The translations under genes were made by a program, and so were the position numbers. A stretch of DNA of 64,000 bases, taken from contig NW_024704742.1 of assembly GCF_018977255.1 (NCBI RefSeq), positions 48,114,001 to 48,178,000 of the forward strand, written 5' to 3'. Position 1 is the stretch's first letter. Every line of letters starts with the position of its first letter. This document shows positions 1 to 11,500 of the stretch, piece after piece. The notes under the pieces were generated by a model. That model did no database searches, was not told the origin of the DNA, and was given only the letters and a program-made list of their open reading frames with translations. This DNA comes from Callorhinchus milii. Its lineage: Eukaryota.

Positions 1-94
1 TGACCTGGGAATACAATTTTTGATCCGTTTCTTGTGATCATGAGAAATTCACAAAGATCATGTTCGTACGAACCAGATCATCCAGCCCATTTAG

Positions 95-362
95 AATAAC
101 AATAATAAAGATGTAGCGCTTTTCACATCTTCTAGACGTCTCAAAGCGCTTCACAGAATATACTGCAAAGTGAATTGACTGTATATTTGTGAGTGAAACG
201 CGGCAGCCAATTGCACACAGCAGCGTCCCACAAAGAGTCGTGGATTGAGTGACCAAATTATTGTTTATTTATTTTTTCTTGAGGGATTATTATTAGGCGT
301 GTGGCGTAAGGAAACTTGCCCAAGGTTTCGCCCTGCCTGGGATCGAACCCAGGTCTCTCGCA
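95..362 (-). mobile_element. tRNA-derived SINE, family A short form, head truncated
   Basis: Matches the 58636 copy in reverse. Confidence 0.85.
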
Positions 363-689
363 TGTGAGAAGTCTGGAAGACGTGAAAAGCACTGTATCAA
401 ATGCAAGGATTATTATTATATTATTATTTAAAATGTTATGTACCTCTAATAAGCTTTCCTCTAAGACATCTCCTTTCACGACTGAAGAGCCCTGGCTCGT
501 CTAATTCATCTCATAATTTGTCTAATTTTGGCTAAATTGATAATTATCAAAAGGGCTGTGTTATGAAATGCTGTAAAATACATCCAGTGGGAGGAACCAA
601 GAAACCGAACAGTACATTAAGGATGTGATTGTATATTTAGATTTGTTAATGTACACTCAGGAAGGTGATATAAGAGTTGACTCCAGGAG

Positions 690-910
690 CATGTATGGAA
701 CTCGCTACTCCAAAGGGCTGTTGACGCTCAGTCCTTGAACATATTCAAGACTGAGATAGATAGATCTCTTATTGTAAAAGGTATTAAGGGATATGGGGAT
801 AAGGCAGGGATAGGTTATTAGCTGGAGTTAGATTAGAAGATCAGCCATGATTGAATGGCGGGGCAGGCTCGAAGGGCCGAATGGCCTACTCCTGCTTCTA
901 TATGTTATGA
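690..910 (+). mobile_element. CR1-clade LINE 3' end (others ~16098-16250 -, 19880-20115 -, 35235-35515 +)
   Basis: GATCAGCCATGA..GGCTCGAAGGGCCGAATGGCCTACTCCTGCT terminus typical of chondrichthyan CR1. Confidence 0.8.
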
Positions 911-1774
911 GACAAAATGGCGTTTATAATGCATATGTTTTTTACATTAATATCGAGAAGAACTACTGGGACTAGTCTGGGTGCAATATTTTATCTTTAC
1001 AAAAAAATCTAAAAGCATACAAAAACGACTCTTCCAAACCGAAGCAACCTACAAGTCTTGATAGGGATGATGAACACACCTTATGAACATTCTTTAGTTA
1101 TGTTATTTGTTGGGTACAACTTGAACTGTGTACTTGCACACTTATGAGGTGATGTTGCTTTGGGGCCTATTGCTAGTGATTATTTATACCTTTGCAGGAT
1201 ATGAGATGTAATATTCTGAACAAAATTTGTAAATATTTGATTTGCAAAATAAAAAATACAGTATGACTTGGTAAGACAAGGATGGTGAGAAATGTATTAC
1301 TTCTTTTTTAGAAATTGAATCTTTGAGCTAAATGGAAATGAGGAAAAAGCCCCGGAACATATCAGTAACATCCTCAGTCACTCCTCCACACGACAGTGCT
1401 GATAACCACAGCCTTTTTTTCTAACGGCTGAAAGTTGCAGCATGATCACAGCACAATGACACATCGATGCTCTGTAGCAATGTTGGGAATATGACTAATA
1501 ATTTATTCAGGCACAACGTAGCTCATTATTGTACCAGAATTCGCAGAAAAATAGTAAATCAAGACTGTGATTACACTTTGGAAACAAAATTATTCCAAGT
1601 TACAGTACATTCAGTACTTACAACCTACTATGAAGTTCTTTGAGACGTTTCAACATGATCATTTCAAATTCAAAGATTATTGTTAATTTTGTGAACTGTA
1701 ATAAGGACAGCTCCGTTCACATTGTCCCAAGGGAGGGAATTGGCCAGACTTAGGTTTATAAAAATATTCCTTCC

Positions 1775-2097
1775 ATTTGATATAGCGCCTTATCACGTCT
1801 TCTAGATGTCTCAAAGTGCTTCACAGGATATACTGTAAAGGGAACTGACTACATTTTGAGGGTGAAGCTCAGCAGCCAATTGTGCGCAGCAGTGTTATAC
1901 AAACAGTTGTGGATTGAGTGTCCAAACTATTATCATTATTTCATTTATTTATTTTTGAAGGGCTTATTACCCCCAGAGAGCAATCTGCCAATCGACTAAT
2001 AACTGGGTTCCTATTTACTGCTAGGTAAATAGAGACATGTGGAGTAAGGAAACTTGCCCAACTAAGGTTTCGCTCTGCCCGGGAATTAACCTGGGTT
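1775..2097 (-). mobile_element. SINE family A, long form
   Basis: Shared body plus the extra internal segment (CTCTATTTACCTAGCAGTAAATAGGAACC..) on the minus strand. Confidence 0.8.
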
Positions 2098-2499
2098 TGA
2101 ATGGCCTTGATTCTTTTTAATTCCTTACAATCTTTACATAAGAAGAGAAAGTTGTGGATTAAGTGTGATGCTGGTGGAGTTTACAGATTGGTCAGTCTGC
2201 ACATATTTGTACTATACTTTACTCTATTACTATAGTATTATAGAGTACAAGGCCTGCATTCGGGGATGTTTGATGGAAGGTCCATTTCTTTCTTTTCTCT
2301 GGACCATGAATTTGTTTTATTTTCTGGTTGAGAAGTAAGAGATGGTTCGCTGATCTTTGGTAAATGTACTCACTGTAGAGGGCAAGTGATTTTCCTTGAT
2401 ATTGACAAATGGCGAACTGCCCTATTAATGTCTTGTGTGAAATGTTTTTAAAAAGAATAGATATTTGAAACTGTTGTAGGAACCCTATTTTTTTTAAAG

Positions 2500-2775
2500 T
2501 AACCCTTAAAAAAACTAGTTACTTCCCCTTGGTCCCCACCCGAAGCCACAGTACACAGAAACAAACCACAGTAGAATTTGACCACTTCTAACACATCTCG
2601 TGACAGACATGAGTATTGCAATTGCTGGGAATATAATATATTTGAACAATGCCATTTCGTTAACGTTACTGACAAGAGGAACCGGACATGTTTCCAGATT
2701 TATTTTTGTGAAGCAGGAACACTTTTCCAAATTTCACCAGCAACAAGGGTGAGTTGCCAGAGATATGACTCATCT
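2500..2775 (+). promoter_or_regulatory. Candidate RHOH promoter / first exon
   Basis: Cluster of ETS-like (ACTTCCCC ~2521, GAGGAACCGGA ~2676), RUNX (AACCACA ~2564) and AP-1 (TGACTCA 2766-2772) motifs; donor-like GG|GTGAGT at 2749. Confidence 0.4.
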
Positions 2776-3119
2776 TTGATACATAAGATAGAGAGAAAGT
2801 ATACAAAAGTACTCTCGTGGAGCAGTGAGGCAGTGCAGATGGTTCTTTTAGGTCTTGTGGTGAGAGACACCTGCATTTGTGTCACATGGACTATCAGCAC
2901 AGGATGTGGGAGGTGATACCCCATTCAGTGCCATACTTCGTATCTCACTGCAGGCAGCACAGATCCTCTGGGGCTATCACAACAGTTTATATTGTACATC
3001 ATTCTACATCGGCTCAGAGGTGGCAACCAAAAGATCTATGGCCAGGCCTCGTGTCGGGCTTCATCAGGAAAGTGTATTCCGGGGCTGGCGAGAGTGTCCA
3101 TGTTGATCTTTCTCACCAG

Positions 3120-3273
3120 GTAATGGCTGAAATATCAATTTGAAACCATCAGAAATCATTTCAAGGCCAGAATTTCAAAACTATAGCTGTCGCTTAATTA
3201 AAAATCAAAACAAAATGGCGTCGACCAAGCTAAAAAGCAGAGAGAGGATGATAACATTCACCGCAGGTTGGAA
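3120..3273 (+). other. RHOH: Putative non-coding 5'UTR exon of RHOH
   Basis: Acceptor-like ttgatctttctcaccAG ending at 3119 and strong donor GAA|GTAAGT at 3274; unique, non-repeat sequence. Confidence 0.45.
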
Positions 3274-4225
3274 GTAAGTTCTGTGCCCCCCCACCTCCCC
3301 CCACCCACAGTCATTTAATAATTCTCCTTATATTTGATTGGTGCGTTTCAAATTAGGAGGATGTCTTGAAGAGCTTAACAAGATATACTGTAAAGTGGAG
3401 CCACTGTGTGTTTTGTGGGTAAAAGTAGATTTAATGTTGAACAAAAACACAGCAGACAACAGATAAATTCTGTCCTTGTGTCTGGAACGGAATGCGCACT
3501 TTCTCCATGGAGGGATGTAACCTGCTTACCCAAATCACTTTCCTCGGCAAATTTAATTTAACAGACACGATGAATTTTCAATGTGTGGGTAGCATACCTA
3601 AGTGGAATTTTCAGTCTGGTTGGGATACTCTTTAAGCATGGTGATGGTTTCTGTATGTATCGGACATCTAGCTGTGTGAAAAAAAATCAGCCGCAGTTTC
3701 ATTTTGAATGATTTGTTCTGGGATCTGTACCTTTCCTCCTTGTGTATCTGTAGAGTCCCATCATACGTCCTTTTACTGTGAAAAGTGAAAAACGCAATCC
3801 CTTCAGACTTGAGAGGAAGTAAGTTGACAAATATCACTAGAAGTGGTACGTCATTTTGAATTTCAAGAACTGCACTACCACTGACTGTCCCTATGGGAAA
3901 CAGGAAGGAAAAACTATATATATGTAGAACTGTGAATCCAACTGCAGAGCATCAATGTTAGAAACAGAGCACCAGCTACAGTGTTGAAGATTATTCAGAA
4001 AGCCTGCAGTGGAAAGCAGTAACAGCCGAGTGATTGATAAAGGTAGAAATCTACAGAAATTGCTAAATGTTTTATAATGCGAATGACTTTCTTCCTAGTT
4101 TTAACATTGTGACAATTTAAGGAAGGATGTATTTAAGGAACCAAATGTGTTATTGTTGTGGTATTTTACTGAATGTGCACCAAAGCTCTGAGTGGTTTCT
4201 TAATGTTTTCTTCTTGTTTTAACAG

Positions 4226-5545
4226 TGTGAGAAAAAATCTTGGGTGGAGCGTACTGTAAGAGCATCAACTCTTTTGTAGACGACTTCTGCACTGAGAAGG
4301 GAGATCAGTTCTTTCAAGACACTACGACTGGAGCTATTGTAAAGCTTTATGCAGCACTCACTACTTGGGACCTGCTTTGTATAAAAACTTGGCATTTTTA
4401 TTGGCGGCACCATGAGTTCCATAAAATGTGTTCTTGTGGGCGATATAAAAGTTGGGAAGACATCATTGTTGGTGCGGTTTACATCAGAGTCGTTCCTTGA
4501 TGCCTACAGACCCACAGTTTATGACAACACTGGGGTGGACGTATTTATGGACGGAACTCAGATCAGTTTGGGACTCTGGGACACGTCAGGAAACGATTCA
4601 TTCACAGGGATTCGTCCTCTTTCCTACCAGCAGGCCGATGTGGTATTAATATGCTACTCTGTGGGAAACCCTTTGTCATACCTGAATGTTAAGAACAAAT
4701 GGATGCCAGAAGTCAGATACTATTTACCTAATACTCCAGTTGTGGTTGTCGCCACTCAGACAGACTATCGTGCTATGGGAACGTCCCGTACCATCACCAC
4801 AGTTGATGGGAGGAAGCTGGCAAAAGACATCGACGCACAGAGTTACATGGAGTGCTCAGCACTTCACAACAGAGGGGTGCAAGAAGTGTTTGAACGTGCA
4901 GTGAGAACTGCTTTCAGCCACATCAACAAGCAAAGCAGGAGGAGGATTAGAGACTTTATACCCTTGAATAGGTGTGTAATAACATGACTCCTGTATGACT
5001 GTCTTTAATATGTTTTTCACCAAATACTAAAGAAGCTGACAACAAATCGTTTTCAAGCTGGTCACAGTGCCATGTGGACAGTTGTGCTCCTGTTCTCCCC
5101 CATGCCTTTGTATCCTTATGAATACGGCTTTCATTCATTATTATGGAACTGACGCTTCCTCCAAGAATGTTAACACAACGCAATTTGGCAGCTGTGGACT
5201 CTCAGGAGTTTGTTCACTAAGGACACAAGGCAACGGACTGTGTTGCATATTGCTAACTGTATATAGTATGAATTGCTTCTGTCTCCAACCTAGCTGGATC
5301 TTTTAAGATTTGGTAATTGACTGCAATTTTGTACTTTTGTAGAGTATATCAATTGTACTGCAGACACAGGAAAAGAATATTCAGCAGTCATATCTTTTAT
5401 TATCTATGATATTTAATAACTTTATACTTAGTTCTATTTTATATTCACCAATGTCTGGTGAACCACATGTACATGTTGTAAAATGCCGTTTTGTGTTAGT
5501 TTACCAGTTTGACAACTGCTAATCAATAAATTAACTGGCTTTTTA
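4226..5545 (+). other. RHOH: RHOH terminal exon (5'UTR part, CDS, 3'UTR)
   Basis: Polypyrimidine tract and acceptor (ttttcttcttgttttaacAG, AG at 4224-4225). AATAAA at 5525-5530 followed by a GT/T-rich stretch. 3' end approximate. Confidence 0.75.
4412..4987 (+). CDS. RHOH: Rho-related GTP-binding protein RhoH (atypical, GTPase-deficient, haematopoietic); single coding exon, 191 aa
   Basis: Intact ORF with good Kozak (GGCACCATGA). Translation [41 protein letters not shown] and C-terminal CaaX (CVIT) match RhoH. Lies upstream of CHRNA9 as in human. Confidence 0.97.
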   Translation: MSSIKCVLVGDIKVGKTSLLVRFTSESFLDAYRPTVYDNTGVDVFMDGTQISLGLWDTSGNDSFTGIRPLSYQQADVVLICYSVGNPLSYLNVKNKWMPEVRYYLPNTPVVVVATQTDYRAMGTSRTITTVDGRKLAKDIDAQSYMECSALHNRGVQEVFERAVRTAFSHINKQSRRRIRDFIPLNRCVIT

Positions 5546-7339
5546 ACAATTGGAGAATGTTGCACGTTTTGTTTCATTGAAAAGTCAACCTGACTCAGTT
5601 GGAAGGACTCTTGCCTCTGGCTGAGAAGACAGTGGGTTCAAGCTTCACATTGGAATTTGTGAGCTTATGGGGTAGGTTCTGACTCCAGTGCACGGATGGG
5701 GGATCCCAGCATCCTTGGATGATGCTGTCTGTTGAGGTGGATGTTCAAGAATTCATAATTTGAAAACAGAAGTAAGTTTCACCTTGTGTTCACAGGGTGT
5801 CAGCCTGGCTCACTTGATAAAATTAGTCACTCACGTCATGGCTATTTCAGCTACATTCAGCTACAAATACAGTCACTTTACAGTAAATCCTATGATGTGC
5901 TGAGAGGTCTATATGATACACTATATCAAATGCAAGGAATATTATTATTATAATTCTCCAGATAAACTTGGTCATTAACTTCCTGGCTTTTTGTAGGATC
6001 TCCGCTGTGTAGAATTGGCTGTCGTTTTCACCTACAAATACACAATCACTACACTTGACAGTAATTACTCTTACATGCCTTGAAACATTTCAACATTATA
6101 GGCACTGTATCAAATGTAAGGAGGAGGAGATGCTTGGAGACTTTTTCAATAAGACTCAATGAACAAAAACATTGTTTATGAATTTCAAGACTGGATTAAT
6201 CAAAAAAAGGACTTTAAAGGTGGCATTTGATAACCATGCAATTTCTCACTACTATTTTAGGGCCTCAACCTGAGATCAAATTTGAATGCATACTCAGAAC
6301 CCTTTCTTCCAAATTGAAACCAGAGCACGTCCCATGTTTTTTTTTGTTTTGGTTGTATATTTGGACAACTTTGAAAACAGAAGATTGTATTTTTACAGTA
6401 CCATATCACATCAAGACATGTCACGAGCAACTATTGACATTTCTTCGTAGGTAAACCCACACAGGATGATCCAGGGAAAAAATGTTCTTTGTTACCAAAT
6501 AATGATTGCAGAATGGAACCAGTGAAGCTATTGGATTTGCTGATATCAGAATGGTAAAGGTGGAACTCAGTGGAAATTGGTCAGTGCCTAAAATTGACAT
6601 TTCTTCCAAATCTTGCACCAAATTTCCATCATGTTCAATAGCTTACAGTTTCTTGAACAAACATATTATTTGCTGCTTTGTATAATTTGCTTCGGAGTTA
6701 AAGGTTGAGTTGATGCTGATAACAAGATGTTGAACAATAATGCTATCAACTGATTGATAATATTTTTAGAATAAGGAACAGATACTGTTGCCAACATAGA
6801 AGATTAATACTGCATAACTGATGAGGATTGAAATTATTATAGGTAAACATCTTTATGTCATTACAATTTGACCTATTCCTCAGAGAATAGCTTGATCTGA
6901 GAAAAAGCAATAACTGTGACTGAAGTTCGAGTAAAAATTATATAGAAAGTAGGAATAAAATACTGATAATTTGTAATCATCTTATTGCTCTTGAAATAGA
7001 TCTTCTAGATAACAATGATGTCATTTTATTCAAACAAAATGAGAGTTTCTCCCAGTGTTCAGGCTACCAGTCCTTCAGCTAAAATTAGTTAATATCTCAG
7101 AGCTGTTTATAGGACCTTATTATGCACAAATTGGATGTTGCATTTGCCAATAGAAACAGACACTTGTCAGTAATTACCCAAAAGTCATCACTGGAGAAAT
7201 GACTCAGAATTACTAAAGGTCAGTTACAAGGAAGATAGTCAATGAACATGGTATCTGATATGTGGGGAATTCTTCCAGTGTATGGTGTTCATCTCCAATT
7301 GATTAAATCTCTGCTACTCATATCTTCAACTGTACTAAA

Positions 7340-7795
7340 GTCCGCATCCAGCCCTTGGCAGTTTCCACTGGATCCTAATTCCAGAACAGCCCGATTTAAA
7401 AATCCTCACGCTCACTTACAAATGAGTTGTGGTTCATGCCCTAACAACTCCCTACCTGACCAACCTGCTGCACCCCACTCCTCTACCTCCCCTCACTCAG
7501 CTGAAACTGGACTCCTGCATGTCCCTCGTACACTCCCGCGCTCCCCCACGCCCCCCACCTCCCCACATCGAACCTGTGCTTTCAGGCACTATGCCCCAAA
7601 CTCTGGAACTCTGTGCCTCAATCCCTCTACCTTCCCCCCAGATGCCCATCTTCTGATCATTCCTGAAGGCCTTCCTCTTGGACTGTGCCTATGGTCACCT
7701 CCCCTCTCCCTGACTTGGCAGTAAGCTGTGCCCATGCTAATACTCCAACACACTACAACACATGAAAGGTGCGATATAAATGCAAGTTGTTGTTG
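7340..7795 (+). mobile_element. Old L2 3' end (others ~54495-54885 minus, ~58190-58567 plus)
   Basis: AFRHYAPNSG remnant; tail GGTGCGATATAAATGCAAGTTGTTGTTG. Confidence 0.75.
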
Positions 7796-8144
7796 ATATG
7801 TGGGGCTTTCTTAATTAATGAACTGAAAGAACATCACAGTGATTTGCATGATGTCTGCCCTGATGTGATCTATTTTTGTAGAGGAATTGGTGTGTACACA
7901 GTGAAAAGGTACACAGTCACTACTCTTCACAGTAAAGTCCTGTAGTGCTTTGAAACATCTCGACAATATAAGGCGCTTTGTCAAATGCAAAAATTATCAT
8001 ATTATTATTTATATTAATATAAGCCAAAATTATCCTTTTCTATATGCTGATTCACAAAATAGTTTTCTTGAAAGTTGTTTCAGCTTTCTGATCAACTACC
8101 TTCAAAAGTTTATGTGGACATGTATGAATTGTTGCCAGCCTGGT

Positions 8145-8575
8145 TCCAGCTGAGCTCAGTTGGTAGCACGCTTGCCTCGAAGTCAGAAGATTGTGGGTTC
8201 AAGCTCCACATCTGCAATTTGAGCTCGTAATCCAGGCTAATGCTCCAAATCAATTCTGGGGTATGTTATAATGTCAGAGGTGTTGACGTTCAGATGAGAC
8301 ATTAAAGCATGGTCCCATTGGCTGTTCAGGTGGACGTTAAAGATCCTATGACCCTATTTGAAAAGAGAAGGGAGTTCCTCCTGATGTCTTGGGCCAAGAA
8401 TTCCTCAGATAATAATGAGTCATTCATCTCATGGCTATTTATGGGACACTGCTCTATGCAACTTAGTTGCTGCATTCGCCTAAAGTCACTGGACTTTACA
8501 ATAATTTTGTGAAGTACTTTGGGATGTTTTAGTGAGGTGATAAGGAGCTATATGGAATTCAAGGTCTATTATTAT
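8145..8575 (+). mobile_element. Older DeuSINE-type (SacSINE1-like) SINE, family B; other copies ~5584-5950, 15551-15931, 45805-46148, 52270-52552 (+) and 55540-55940 (-)
   Basis: Head GCTCAGTTGGTAGCAC..GAGTCAGAAG..GGGTTCAAG, Deu-like GATGAGACATTAAA..AAAGATCC..GTCCTGGCCAA, and a tail shared with family A. Confidence 0.75.
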
Positions 8576-11500
8576 AATTTCATATCATTTCTTCAATACT
8601 TTATACAGTCAGTCCAAAATAAAATCATGATAAACATTATGAGAAGGTATCATAACCTGGTTGAGGTTGGTTTAAATCGGTGAGAATAATTAGCCGAGTT
8701 ACCTCTCTTGCTTACAAATTATGCAGTCACCGCACTTGTTAATATATCCTGTGAAGCACTTTGAGATGCCTACTGATGTGAACGGCACTATATCAAATGC
8801 AAGGATGATTTTTTTCCACAAACACATTGTATCAATGTCACATTGCTCTTTAACATATTCTAGATGTTTCAGGGCTATTGGTTATTGTCAGAAACGCTTG
8901 AAATAAACGTATTGCAAGTGTTTCTGAAAACATATCTAAACCTTCTTCATGGCAGATTTTGCTTATTTTCCACTTTTGTTTCAGACACCAAATCAATCGA
9001 AATTGCTATCAAACTTCAATTCTGACTGTTTTGCTGTGTGTTCATCTACTGTGAAGTGATACAATCCTCACCATTTCTCCACAACCCCCCTAGTATGGGT
9101 TTCAGCCCTGCTCTATGATTCTGGGCAGGAAATCAGTTAATAAGCTGCTTCTGACGTAAGGAACAAATGTACCAATTAATGCAGTTCTTGAGCTTCTGTG
9201 GAGCAAGTTCAAGAAACCACAAGAAACGTGTTGTGCTTATCAATCAATTTAACACATATCTACTGTTTTTTCAGTAAATTATGTGTTATGGTTTCTTCAT
9301 GACCTTCTTCCCTAATAGAATAATAGAGATATGAATATTTGTAATCTTTCTGCTTCACGATTCTTCCTTTGATGTGTTTCTCTCTAATTTGACCTCTTAC
9401 TTTTTTCCTTTAACCTTCCTCCCCTGAGGATATGAGTCATGGTGGTGGTTGCTACCCTGCCTGGTGGATGCTATATAAGTGCAAGTTGTTGTTTTGTCGT
9501 TCACAGCATATCCTGTGAAGTGCTTTGAGATGCCTCAATGACATGATAACGCACTATATCAAATGCAAGGATTATTATTATTATTTCTCAATGTCACCAT
9601 TGGCCATATGTCACATAGACAAGGATGACCAATTGATAACTGTAAGTGTAATAAATAACTTTCCTTTGCCAATATTCCTTCTTATCTGGGTACTTCATCT
9701 CATTGCAGTTGCATGAGTTTGAAGAGAGTTTCTATCGGTGTCCTGGCCATCCAATCATCCACTTCATGGCTGTTTGCCAGACAGTGCTGCCTGCAAGTTG
9801 GCTGCCACATTTACCTACACAACACACTGTCACTGTGTAAAATCTTGTGAAGTGATTTGAGACCTTTCAATGATGTGATAAGGCAGAATATCAAATTCAA
9901 GGATTATTATTATTTTCATTGGGAACAAGGATTATTTACACTCAGCTCCTATTAACCCTGGAAGCGAAAGCACTAATGGGTAGTGGTTCTAGCTGTGCAA
10001 GCAGCAGGAAGCTTGCCAGACAGTGCTCTCAATCGCAAGCTATGCGGTTTTAGCTGGTTAGATCACAGCAGTTACCCCAACGCACACTCTGGGGTTCCCA
10101 AGCTTTGGCTCTTGCCAACCGTTCCAAATACTCTCTGGAATTTTGGTAAGCAGGATGCATCCCTCCCTGAGAGCACGCATTCCATTCAAGACACAGGGGA
10201 ATTTCCATGTGTAGGTGACATGAACGTATAGAAACCTCAGTTTGGTTTGGATACTCTTAAGCATGGTGATGGGTTTATGCATGTTTCAGACACCAGGTGA
10301 CAAAAAAAAAATTTGTGGGAAATACCTGGTGTAAATCTGCCATCGTATTTGACTGCACAACCACATGTTATATTAATTGAGGGATTATTATTTATTATCT
10401 ATTTCCAGATCATCAACCCATTGAGTCATTGATTTGAGACCTGTGTGTCCTATGATTCAAATGAATGGTACAGATGACCCCTCCCTCTCACATTAGTGTT
10501 CCAAAGCAACATGGAGTTTTTTTCCCGGTTATTCTTGTCGTCTAAATTTACCCTCAAATTCAAATTTCTTCTGCAGGATGGTGCTGCAACAAACATTTTG
10601 CTACATAACAGTATTCACTTTATTATTCTTACTTCTTTCAAGACATTATGTTTATGCTTTATAAATGTAGGTTGTTCTTGTTATCCCATTCCACGTTTAG
10701 AAACTGGATTATCCTGCCTGCAATGCACAGGTTATGAACATCAGAGTGATACAAACAGTAAGATAGATATGCTTCTTTTTGGACTGAAACACATCCTAAG
10801 GGCTGATACATGTGACAACGCATCACCATGCTTAAGAGTATCCAAACCCAACTTGGAGTTTCACACTCTGCTTACCTAATTCCATGCAGAATTAGGCACA
10901 TGTTGGAAAAACCCAAGATTTGAAGACCCCCTATTGGGGGCTGGGGTTTTACCAACTAAAGAAACAAAACATACCTTGCATTGAGAGCACTGACTAAAAA
11001 GATTCTGCTCCTTAACCTGGCCTCAATTCTGACATTCCGCTACGTTGAAGCCAGCTCAGCTCCAAAGGGACCCTGCTTATCTTCCCTACTCAAAGCTGTC
11101 TACTCCCAGATATACATCCGTACGAAACACTTATTACACAGGATTATGTCCTATCTACACTTCTTGGCCTAGGTAAGATCAATGAATAAGATAAATGAAA
11201 TAAACCTTGTCCGGAAAGCCCTTCCCTGGCACAGATGGTGATTGTTAGTGGACCATCCACTCTTGGGGAATGTTTGATCTTGTCAGTATCTGATATTCAT
11301 ACATATACACTTCATAGCCGCACAATTAGGAGCACAGACATACTTCATTGGCTCAATGAATCTCTTGTGCAATGCATCCAGTGCGGCTATGAAGGATTCT
11401 ACCCAAAACATTGTTGACCTGTCTGATCAGAGGCTGATCAACCTACAAACAGGTTGCCGACCAAGTAATCTTAAATAATAAAACATTTTTTGCATTAGTG

